Part shown: positions 53,553-64,000 of the stretch, piece after piece
How positions within the stretch are numbered: position 1 is the first letter of the stretch
Layout: each line of letters starts with the position of its first letter
Assembly: GCA_951406725.2 (NCBI GenBank)
Contig: OX597816.1
Span: 27,032,001 to 27,096,000, forward strand
Length of the DNA stretch: 64,000 nt
DNA from: Octopus vulgaris
Lineage: Eukaryota
Direction of reading: 5' to 3'
Translations under genes and position numbers: made by a program
Notes under the pieces: generated by a model
Databases searched by the model: none
What the model was told of the DNA's origin: nothing
What the model saw: the letters and a program-made list of their open reading frames with translations, nothing else

Positions 53553-54408
53553 AGAGAGTTTGGTTTGATCCCATGCAACTTAAGGTTTCGTTGGCTCATT
53601 ACAGGAATCTAGCTTGTCAGGCTCAGGCAGCCAACTAGAGATTTGTTGGAAATCCTCTTTTAAACTGATTTATACTAATTCAAATGATATGTAACTCCTA
53701 CTAAATGTGTTGAGTGTCTCATTCTTTCAGTTGTCCACTCACTTGTGTGTGTGTGTGTGTCTGTATGCACATCTGTGTGTATGTGTGTGTATGTGCATGT
53801 GTGTGTGTATGTGTGTGTGTGTGAGTTTTTGTGTAAGTGTTTGTTCCCCATCTATTTTGTGACAGCTGGTGTTGGTTTGTTTATGTCATCGTAACTTAAT
53901 CATTTGGCAAAAGAGACAAATAGGGGTCAATTTGTTTGAGTTAACCCTGCAAGGTGATACTCCAGTATGGCTGCATTGACTGAAACAAGTGAAGGATAAA
54001 TCACACACACACACACACACATGTATGAAAAAAACAAGAAAACGAAAATGGAGATTGGGATGTTAATAATTGCTTATTAATAACAGAAATTAATCATCAT
54101 CCCTTACAGCTGTTTCGATTAATACCCAGTAAATATTAAGTAAATATTAAATTTATATGACGTGAGCGAAATACCTTCAGAGGAGGAAAAAATATACCCT
54201 TGGATGTTTTATATGTGTTCTTGGATTCATTATAGCAGACTCAACAAATTAACCAATGCTTAAGTGAGTCCTGAAGGAACATCTATGTGGTAACCTAACT
54301 CACTGGAAATAGCAGCCAAATATCATTCAACTCACACCATACTGTTTTAAAGAAAGAAACAATATTTTAGATATTGTTGTCCTATACATCACATTATATA
54401 TATATATG

Positions 54409-54712
54409 TGGAGGCGCAAATGCCAAATGGTTAAGGCAGCGGACTCGCAGTCATAGGATCGCGGTTTCGATTCCCAGACCGGGCGCTGTGAGTGTTTATT
54501 GAGTGAAAACACCTAAAGCTCCATGAGGCTCTGGTAGGGGGCTGGCGGTGATCCCTGCTGTACTCTTTCGCCACAACTTCCTCTCACTCTTTCTTCTGTT
54601 GGCCTGCTCGCTTAGCCAGCGGGGTGGCGTCATTTGAAGGCTAAAACAATGCGAAGCGCATTGTGATCAGCGATGTGTAGCAACATCTTATAGCCTGGTC
54701 GATCACGGTGGT
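54409..54712 (+). mobile_element. SINE family C
   Basis: Homologous to 13069-13380; follows (TA)n. Confidence 0.85.
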
Positions 54713-54956
54713 CATATCAGGGTAACATTTCTTAAATGCAAATTTAGAGGATTTATAGTATCTATTATTGTTAAATTTTAGTTGACGCTGCTGCTGTCAT
54801 TGCAGTTGTTGTTGGTGGTGTAATCTCAAGTCAATGAAGTAGTTCAGTAATATAGATTGATGGCTAAACAACCGAATGCAAGTCACAGATTTGATTTCCT
54901 CATTACACAATATCCCCCCCCCCTCATCTTACTGATGATTATGCTACACACACACT

Positions 54957-55432
54957 GGCGAGCTGGCAGAATCGCTAGCACGCCGGGCGAAATGCATAGC
55001 CGTATTTCGTCTGCCGTTACGTTCTGAGTTCAAATTCCGCCAAGGTCGACTTTGCCTTTCATCCTTTCAGGGGTCGATAAATTAAGTACCAGTTACGCAC
55101 TGGGGTCAATATAATCGACTTAATCCGTTTGTCTGTCCTTGTTTGTCCCCTCTGTGTTTAGCCCCTTGTGGGTAGTAAAGAAATATATAGAGCGTTTTAA
55201 GGCGGTGTGCTGGCAGACTCGTTAGCGCCCCGGGCAAAATGCTTAGTGGTATTTCGTCTGTCGTTACATTCTGAGTTCAAATTCCGCCAAGGTCGACTTT
55301 GCCTTTCATCCTTTCGGGGGTCGATAAATTAAGTACCAGTTACGCACTGGGGTCGATATAATCGACTTGATCCGTTTGTCTGTCCTTGTTTGTCCCCTCT
55401 ATGTTTAGCCCCTTGTGGGTAGTAAAGAAATA
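54957..55432 (+). mobile_element. Two tandem family B SINEs
   Basis: Two complete head-core-tail units. Confidence 0.88.
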
Positions 55433-55779
55433 GATATTCAGTGTTAGGTTAATTGTATGGGGTACAATATATTTCAGTATGACCTTAGTCGCTGTTGTTT
55501 AGCTCATGATTACTTATGATCACACAGACCTATGATCAAAGCATCTTAGTTAAGATCATCCTGGGAATCCAGGGTCATATTGTTTAATGTATCCTTTTCT
55601 AAGATGGACATTACATATCCAGCAGAGCATACTTGTTTCATTTCTTTCCAGCTTTTACTCATCCTCTGCATTCACAGTCTGCGTCTAACTACCATACAGC
55701 ATCACAGTTTATACACAAGCACTGCACAATATACTCTTTATTTAAAGAGAGAACTCCCTTGGAAGTGAAAGTAATGGCT

Positions 55780-56420
55780 TCCTGAACTTTTCCCACCCTC
55801 TTATTCTGGTTAAGATGCTGATTAGGTTGCTAAGGTAACAGATGGTATCAACTCCATCTATAGAGCCATCTGAAGGATGCAAGGAATTTATTTTATAATT
55901 GGTCTGACTGCTGAATGTACCTGTGCATCTCCCACAAAGTTACTATTCATTAGCCTTCCTTTGGTTCCACCATATAGCTTGCTTTGATTCCCACTACACC
56001 TCTTTTGCACTCATAGATCACACTGAGTACATCATATGGAATTTCTACCTTCTATTTTCTGTGTAATGAGTATATTGAGCATCAACATTGCCTTAATGGT
56101 AGCAAGACCCTAGATTCTTTTCTACTAAGTAAAACTTTTGTCTTTGCTAAGTTTACTTCGTGAACCCCTTGATTTTGGCTTTAGCTCCAACATTTGGAAT
56201 TTCTTTTCTCAGTCTTCTGCACTTACTGTTAAAAGAACAAATTAGTTAAAAATTGAACGTTGATGAATACTACACCCTAAATTCCTCACTGAAGTTATTG
56301 ACAGCTCTCACGTCTCTGTCCATGGATTTCACCACCCTCACAAGCCCTTCATCTATACCTAGTTCTCTTAGAGAATACCAGACTGTAGGTCATGATATCA
56401 AGTCTTCTTTAAATCAACAA
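55780..56420 (-). mobile_element. Highly decayed LINE reverse transcriptase remnant (RTE-like)
   Basis: Reverse strand VWYSLRELGIDEGLVRVVKSMD...GVHE resembles the RT domain 3-5 region. Confidence 0.5.
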
Positions 56421-56580
56421 ATACTAAGGAAAGAGTCCTAATGGAGCATTTATGTGGTAAACTAACCCACTGGAAATAGCAGCCAAATACTATTCACCTT
56501 ACACCATACTGCATTAAAGAAAGTAACAATACTTTAGATATTGTTGTCTTAGACATCACATATCTGATGACAGAATGGCT

Positions 56581-56815
56581 AAGGTGGCAAGCTGGCAGAA
56601 TCGTTAGCATGCCAGGTGAAATGCCTAGCGGTAGTTCGTCTGTCTTTACGTTCTGAGTTCAAATTCTGCCAAGGTTGACTTTGCCTTTCATCCTTTCGGG
56701 GTCGATAAATTAAGTACTGGTTATGCACTGGGGTCGATGTAATCGACTTAATCCCTTTATCTGTCCTTGTTTGTCCTCTCTATATTTAGCTCCTTGTGGG
56801 CAATAAAGAAATAAG
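56581..56815 (+). mobile_element. SINE family B
   Basis: Full-length match. Confidence 0.87.
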
Positions 56816-58041
56816 AATGGCTGTGGCTGAAATGTCTTTGATCATAAGTCTGGTCAATCAGTAGTTGACTTGCGATTGAACAGCAACAAAATTGTCTTTC
56901 CTGTATTATACACTATAAATTTTAACCAATCCTTCTTCTGCAGTCCATGTCTTCCTTCCAGTTACTAAGCTCTATCATTATCCACTTATTCTAATCTACA
57001 AACTATAGCAAGAATGAACAAATAACCTATAAGATCGATGGATTTCTTCGTCTTTCTCCTCTAATTCCATCTCTTCCTTTTCCTCTTACCACTCTTTCAA
57101 ATCCTACTTCTCCTTCCACTTCCTTCCTCTCCTCTGACTTGATGTTAGTGAAAGAGCCTAATAACGTATATGTATCAAATCTCTCAGCCAATTCACATAA
57201 ATCTTTAAAAAACCCATTAACCTTATCCAGTGAACAGGTTATACATATCTTTTGTATTGTGATTAGCCACAGCCATAATAACTAATATCTAAGGTTGCCT
57301 CTTGTCTCTATTCAAAACAACCTTTATCTCATTCAAAAAATTAATTCTTGTTTACAGATTATGACAAGGGATTATTCAATATATTGGAAAAGTTACTTTG
57401 AAGATATTGTTGTTCTCATGTTCTCATCAAATACTAAAGTAGTTTCATGAAATGCAATTAGATATGTAACTGATGAAAATTAATTCATAAATCACCTGTT
57501 GTATTGATTAATGCTCTCTGACTATGCTGCCTGGTTGTCACAACCATTTTGCTTTCATTTTAATGTCTATTTGACAAGTCCACTATCTTGCACATTAATT
57601 CTATCATGTTGGTAATGATTGTACTTTTGTTAAAACTTATAAAAGGTTGTTGTTTACCACCAAGTTAATCCTGGTCAAGCATCAAAGACATCCTGGCTAT
57701 GTTCATCTCATCTCATTTTCAAACTTTATCTGTGTGTGTGCATGTGTGTGTGTGTGTGTGTGTGTGCCTTTGCTTACATACAAGTGTATACACCCACACA
57801 TATGGATGTGTGTGCAAATGTATGGGAGTGTGTATATATATGTATATATGTGTGAGCATATACAAATATGTATATGTATGTGTATATATAAATATATACA
57901 TGTGCATGTATATGTGTGTGTGTGTATATATAACTTATTAATTTATATAAATCTATATATATAAAACAGAGAATGTATGTCTGTCAGTCTGTCTGTCTGT
58001 CTGTCTGTCTGTCTGTATGTATGTATGTATGTATGTACGTA

Positions 58042-58259
58042 TACTCTTTTACTCTTTACTCTTTTACTTGTTTCAGTCATTTGACTGCGGCCATGCTGGA
58101 GCACCGCCTTTAGTCGAGCAAATCGACCCCAGGACTTATTCTTTGTAAGCCCAGTACTTATTCTATCAGTCTCTTTTGCCAAACCGCTAAGTGTCGGGGA
58201 CGTAAACACACCAGCATCGGTTGTCAAGCAATGCTAGGGGGACAAACACAGACACACAA

Positions 58260-58292
<33 letters not shown>

Positions 58293-58464
58293 CATATATA
58301 CGACAGGCTTCTTTCAGTTTCCATCTACCAAATCCACTCACAAGGCATTGGTCGGCCCGGGGCTATAGCAGAAGACACTTGCCCAAGATGCCACGCAGTG
58401 GGACTGAACCCGGAACCATGTGGTTGTTTAGCAAGCTACTTACCACACAGCCACTCCTGCACCT
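58042..58464 (-). mobile_element. SINE family A
   Basis: Full-length match. Confidence 0.9.
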
Positions 58465-58671
58465 ATGTATGCATGCTTCACAAAACCTCAAGAACTACCA
58501 AACTGATTTCATTCAAATTTTACACATGCACTACTTAGAGTCCATGGAGTATCATGAGCACAAAAAATTTTCAACTTCTTACCTAATGTGAGCCTGGAGT
58601 AATCCCATACACCGTTTTGGTATTACATGCCAAAAATGAAATAATAACATCTTTACTGCAATGTGAGATAA

Positions 58672-59675
58672 TATTGGGTTGTCTGGAAAGTTTGTGCCGA
58701 TTATTAAAGGAAAGAAAAAGGTCAATAAATACTTGCCATTACATTTTTAACTAACCAAATATGAACAATTTTGTTGCACAATGCATCTCCATCTTTCCTT
58801 TAACTTGAAAATACCCTCTTCCCAGAATTGATGTGGTTTCATGGCAAAGAATTCATCAAGGTATCTTTTTACATCATCTAAGTAATTGAAATTTTTATCA
58901 TTAAGACTATTGTGCAGAGACATGAATAAGTGGAAATCCGAGGGAGCAATATCTGGTGAATATGGAGGGTGGGGTAACACATCCCAGCCAAGCTGCAGCA
59001 ATTTTTGTCTGGTTCCCAAAGAAATGTGCGGTCTTGCATTATCATGTTGGAAAACAACACTCTTCCTGTTGGCTAATTCTGGATGTTTCTCTTGAATTGC
59101 TGCTTTTAACTCATCTAGTTGTGTGCAGTATTTCTAAGAATTAATTGTCTGGTTACTTGGGAGAAGCTCATAGTACAGAATTCCTTTCCAATCCCACCAG
59201 ACACAAAGCAAGACTTTTTTAGGGTGAGGACCTGCTTTTGGGGTGGCTAAAGGTGGCTCATGTCACTTATTCCAGGATCGCTTTCTCTGAACTTTTCGGT
59301 AGATAATCCATTTCTCATCACCTGTCATAATTTGCTTAAAAAAGGAGCATTTTCAATCCATTTATAAAGTGAATTACAGATAGAAAAGCGACCCAAAAGG
59401 TTCTTCTCACTCAACTCATGTGGTACCCAAACATCATAGCAATTTGTGTACCCAAGCTTTACCAGGTGCTCATGAACGACGGATTTTGATAGGTTAAGGC
59501 TTTTTGCCAATTCTCGGGTTTTGCAATGTGGATTATTCTCAATTAATGACTAGATTTGGTCATCATCTGTAGTGGATAGTCTGCCTGATTGCTCTTTATC
59601 AATAAGGCTACAATCTCCGGCTCGGAGCCTTGTGAACCACTTCCGTACAGTTGTTTCAGATAAAGAAACATCATT
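58672..59675 (-). mobile_element. Decayed mariner transposon
   Basis: WDVLPHPPYSPDIAPSDFHLF...FWEEGIFKLKERW and DVWVPHELSEKN. TIR-like TTGGGTTGTCTGGAAAGTT at ~58674. Confidence 0.9.
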
Positions 59676-59748
59676 TACATCATTAATGTAAATAAATAAA
59701 TAGGAGGTCTAGAATAAGATGTAAAGAGAAATATCAAAATATATAATA

Positions 59749-60112
59749 CTAGCACTATGACCTGGCAACGCTGGGTCATAGTGCTAGGGCATGCATATAC
59801 AGCTGCATGCGTGTGCACGTACATGCGGGTACTGTCCAAATCTCCGACCAATCACATACAGCTAGCTGGCATTCAATTGGCATATCAAGTTTCAGGCATT
59901 TTGATTGGGTTTTGAATAGAAAATTCACAAAAATGTCACTTCTATTGATTTTTTAATGGCTTTGTGGGGTGACTGGGGAAATGTAAAGATATGCACGACC
60001 ACCCTTGGACGGTTTTAAATGACCATAGAAAGTGCGAGCCCTCTAACTGAAAAATTGTGGATTTGTATAAAGGACACACACACAGACATTTTGCTGTTTA
60101 TATATAGAGAGA
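59749..60112 (-). mobile_element. Second non-autonomous Helitron family
   Basis: Reverse strand A|TCTCTCTATATATA...CTAG|T with the terminal palindrome CTAGCACTATGACC...GGTCATAGTGCTAG. Confidence 0.75.
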
Positions 60113-60317
60113 TATCCTTACACCCCTTAAGAAAAATTATTTTAAGCCTTTAAGGTAAAAACAATAATAATAAACTATTGAATAGGAAAAAAATTTAGAA
60201 GTTTCAGACATGCAGCATTCTCTTAGAGAAACCAGAAGTAAATATGCTATGAAACATGCTTAAGGAGATAGAATTTTTAAGAAAATAAACATTACGTAAC
60301 AAGAAATACTTCTTTAA

Positions 60318-60537
60318 CCCTTTAGCATTCAGATTATTCTGTCAAATGTAAAGCTTATTTATTCACACCATGTAAAATTAATCTTGCATCATTTCATGGC
60401 TTTGAGATTTCAATGTTGTGATTGTTTATTTTTAAAATGACACAGTAAGGTAGCTATGAATGACCATATCTGACTAGTTTGAACATAAAACAGGTAGAAT
60501 ATTTTGGCCGGATATGGCCAGTTTAAACACTAAAGGG
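60318..60537. mobile_element. piggyBac-like MITE
   Basis: TTAA|CCCTTTAG ... CTAAAGGG|TTAA. Confidence 0.78.
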
Positions 60538-60677
60538 TTAAGGCATAAAATATGCAGTACCTTCTCCCTTTATATTGGATTGATGCCTTCTACAACTGGC
60601 TCTTTTTGTATACATGCTATCAGTTAATTGTTTGTAGCTATTATCTCAACATGTATTTCTAATCGGTATATCTTTAC

Positions 60678-60760
60678 TACCTCTGAAGAGATTCATCTTA
60701 TGATTTTAATTTTACAAATTAATTATCTAAAGATTACTGAATCGAAATGGCTGTCAGAAA
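60678..60760 (+). ncRNA. Hammerhead ribozyme-like motif with long stem II (degenerate)
   Basis: CT-CTGAAGA-GATTCA...TGAATC-GAAA-TGGCTG-TC-AG. Core boxes and a 6-bp stem II are intact; stems I and III are weakened. Confidence 0.55.
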
Positions 60761-61299
60761 TGTTGTCCTATTTTATAATTAATAAATAATATTTTATTAA
60801 TTACCTCTCCATTTTCTCCTTATTCTTTAAATATATGAAGCATGGTTTATATGGTTACCTTATAGTTGGACTTTCTATCAATTGGTAACTAACCAGAATT
60901 TTCATTGGATTTTAATCTCCCTTAATGAGGTTTATAACCTTTACTTGAATACATATATAAGCCTTGTGAGTGGATTCCATACACAGAAACTGAAAGAAGA
61001 CTGTCGCATATATGTGTATATTTGTGTGTGTGTGTGTTTGTACCCCCACCATTGCTTGACAACCGATGTTGCTGTGGTTACATCCCCATAACTTAGCCAT
61101 TTGTCAAAAAACACCTATAGAATAAGTACTAGGCTTACAAAGAATACATCCTAGGGTTGATTTCTTCAACTAAAGGCAGTGCTCCAGCATGGTCACAGTC
61201 ACATGACTGAAACAAACAAAACAATTATAAACTATGCCCTTTTAATTCTGAGCAATGCCGAGTATCTCTGCTAGTATTTATATAAGTCTGTAGGTTTTT

Positions 61300-62154
61300 A
61301 CTCCACTCTACGTTTGTTTTTGAAAGTAGTGGTTTTCTGATTGCAGCTCTCCCATGAAATCTGGCTTTGTGCAGCTCCTGGCAAACAGTTTTTGTGGAAA
61401 CTGGGTTCCCAAGGTGGTCATTAAGCTCTGTAGTAATTTTGGGAGCTGTACATTTGTGATCCTTTCTAACAATTCATGTAAGAGTCCAACAGTCCCTATC
61501 TGAAAGTTTTTGTTTTCTTCCGGAATTTTGTTTTGACGAGGAGGTTTTTCCCTCTTTCTCAAAGGCTGTCATTACTTTCGAGACAGTACTCCTTGATACA
61601 CCAAACATTTCAGTTGTTTTCATTACGCTAGTGCCTGCCATATGAACACCAACAATTTGACCTCTTTGAAAGTCCAATAGATCTATCATTTTAATGAATT
61701 TTAATTACCTTTTTCTGATGATATCTGAAAAGAAACAGCAATTTTAGCAAAACATATTAAGCAACATCATCATCATCATCATCGTTTAACGTCCGCTTTC
61801 CATGCTAGCATGGGTTGGACGGTTCAACTGGGGTCTGGGAAGCCCGAAGGCTGCACCAGGCCAGTCAGATGTGGCAGTGTTTCTACAGCTGGATGCCCTT
61901 CCTAACCACAACCACTCCGAGAGTGTAGTGGGTGATTTTATGTGCCACCGACACAGGTGCCAGACGAGGCTGGCAGACGGCCACGCTCGGATGGTGTTTT
62001 TTATGTGCCACCGACACAGGTGCCAGACGAGGCTGGCAACACTAATAATAAATCAAAAAACATAAAAATAAATAAGCTTTTGGTGGTTTTATAGATATTT
62101 CAAAATCATGATGCTATGATACTTGATGTTTCCATTATTTTGTCCAACCCCTGT
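61300..62154 (-). mobile_element. Tc1-like transposon 5' half, interrupted by a family D retroposon (61765-62040)
   Basis: MIDLLDFQRGQIVGVHMAGTSV...GVSRSTVSKVM...SGRKQKLSDRD (paired-like HTH with a GRP-like motif). TIR on the reverse strand: CAGGGGTTGGACAAAATAATGGAAACA. Confidence 0.85.
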
Positions 62155-62820
62155 TTATATGGTGGTGCCCTAGCATGGCCACAGTCTGACTGAAACAAGT
62201 AAAAGATAAAGATATATATATATATATATGTGTGTGTGAGTGTGTGTGTGTGTGTGTGCGTGTGTGTGCGTGTGTGTATGTGTAAGTGTATGTGTGTGTG
62301 TGCATGTGTGTGTGTGTGTGTGTGTAGGTTCAGGGATAGTTTTCTGGTTGAGAAGTTAACTTTACTACCTCATGGTTTCAGGCTTGCTCCCATGGTGCAG
62401 CACCTTATGCAAGTGTCTCTCACTATAGCCCAGGTCAACCAAAGTTTTGTGAGAGAATATACTTGATGGAAACTGAAAGAAGCTCATTTCATTGTATGCG
62501 TGTGTGTGTGTGTGTGTGTGTGCGTGCGGTAAGTTAAGTAATTTCAGCGATAGGCTCAATCTTATGAAAATAAGAAACCAGTTCATATGAGGTTAGAATC
62601 AATGCTCAATCTGCAGGGGACTAGATTCAACTTTAAGAGATCAGCCATAAAAGGCTAGAGAGAAGATCAGAATCAACTTTAAGAAGTGTTCAATAAATTG
62701 CTATATAGAATCTAATATCTCAGGTGTATAAGCCACTATTTGTTTTGTTTTACCTTCATGTTTTGATAATGTTATTGTTAATCTAATAAAAACTTTTATG
62801 TAGACGAAATGTGTTTGTTG

Positions 62821-63221
62821 GGATCTTTTTGGTTTGAACGGCAGTTTTTTTTAGCGGTGTCATATGAAATTGTCACCCATAATTATGACCCTAGAATCGA
62901 TCTATTGCATTTAGGGTTAGGGGTGGGGGAAGGGTATCTTTTTTTCTTCATAAATGTAAATAAACCCAATGTGTTTCTTAAACGAGGGACATATTCATTC
63001 GGCACAGAATGCTTTTTAACTCAATAGACGTCACTGATTGGTTGAAATTGCAGAAATTGAAGGAAAAAAAAACAACAAATATCTTGCAAACTATAGAATT
63101 TTCTCAATAAAGCCAAGAGAAAAAGATGTTTTATAAGCACATTCTGCCAGTATACGAAGTTTAACATTTTTTAGTTACCTAGAAATTATGTTAAAAACTG
63201 CCGTTCAAACCGAAAAGATCC
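62821..63221. mobile_element. Intact 401-bp Merlin-like MITE with 8-bp TSD GTTTGTTG
   Basis: TIRs GGATCTTTT(T/C)GGTTTGAACGGCAGTTTTT; TSD at 62813-62820 and 63222-63229. Confidence 0.88.
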
Positions 63222-63564
63222 GTTTGTTGTAAATAACAATACATCCTATATTTGTAAAATAAGGCATTTTGAAACTACATATACGTCAATAACAAAAAAG
63301 CTAGCTGCGGATTCGTAGCTCTATAGGTCTTTTAAACACAGGTGCACTTTATGTGTGGATAAAACACCGATGTTGGGCAAAACGAATAAATATATGTATA
63401 TAATATTTCTTCCTTCTTGGTGTTGCTTCTTCGATATTTACTGGTTATTCCAACAAGAGAACCAAAAGAGAAAAAAAGCGTGTAATATGCCATACAGGCA
63501 GTAAACAATAAATAAAATAGAACAAAGTGGTGACATTTAGTAGAGATCGATTACTATCGCAAAC

Positions 63565-63600
63565 AAATACACGTCATTGATTGGTTGATTGGTTGCAATT
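63565..63600. promoter_or_regulatory. Possible promoter core: ACGTCA (CRE-like) next to two ATTGG (CCAAT) boxes
   Basis: ACACGTCATTGATTGGTTGATTGGTTG in a repeat-free, relatively CpG-retaining stretch. Motif evidence only. Confidence 0.3.
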
Positions 63601-64000
63601 ATCCAAATACGGTAACTTTAACTCGAAATAACTTCTGAAATAACAAATTTTGTCCATAACGTTCAAAATAAACCGTGTTCTGCGTGAGACGTTCCACCAG
63701 CATACGAAGTTTCAAACTGTTTAGTTTTAAAAAATTAATAAAAATAAATCTGTGAGCCAAACTGAACAGATCCTTGTATTGCACTGCCGAAGGTAATTAT
63801 AAAAATAATTATGAAAAAAAAAAAAATTAAGATAAAATATACTATTTCTGAGATATTTCTGTTACACACAAACATCTCTAGAGTTTTAGCATTATTGATA
63901 CACACACACACACACATATATATATAAGATAGTGGTACAACAATTCACCAATATTTACTGGAAATAGCAGTCGATAAACGCTATAGTAAAGTTTCACTGT

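Noticed and set aside
57358-57450. + strand acceptor TTTACAG| followed by a DYDKGLF-like sequence as candidate FA2H exon 2
   Set aside because: The phase-0 frame required by exon 1 gives IMTRDYSIYW... and a stop. The DYDKGLF frame is out of phase and stops after about 14 codons.

Overview
AT-rich, microsatellite- and SINE-saturated animal genomic DNA. The repeat families look like those of an octopus or other coleoid cephalopod (inference from repeat recognition). The only well-supported host coding sequence is one + strand exon (4324-4632) encoding a cytochrome b5 heme-binding domain most like the N-terminus of fatty acid 2-hydroxylase (FA2H). No later FA2H exon was recognised, so most of the window is probably one very large intron. 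It is filled with tRNA-derived SINEs, decayed mariner/Tc1/Tigger transposons, Penelope-like (PLE), R4/Dong-like and RTE-like retroelement fragments, non-autonomous Helitrons, and Merlin-like and piggyBac-like MITEs. Most ORFs in the track are microsatellite or SINE artefacts. The most notable signals are: (1) a TSD-flanked head-to-head dimer of a tRNA-headed (Pol III) element with a minimal hammerhead ribozyme in each arm (34393-35018), plus several more hammerhead-like motifs; (2) a ~1.7 kb segment bounded by ~135 bp inverted repeats that may hold decayed Ig/TM/kinase-like gene fragments (22674-24360); (3) a tandem duplication with complementary deletions just after the FA2H exon. Boundaries of decayed repeats are approximate and were read by eye; no searches were run.
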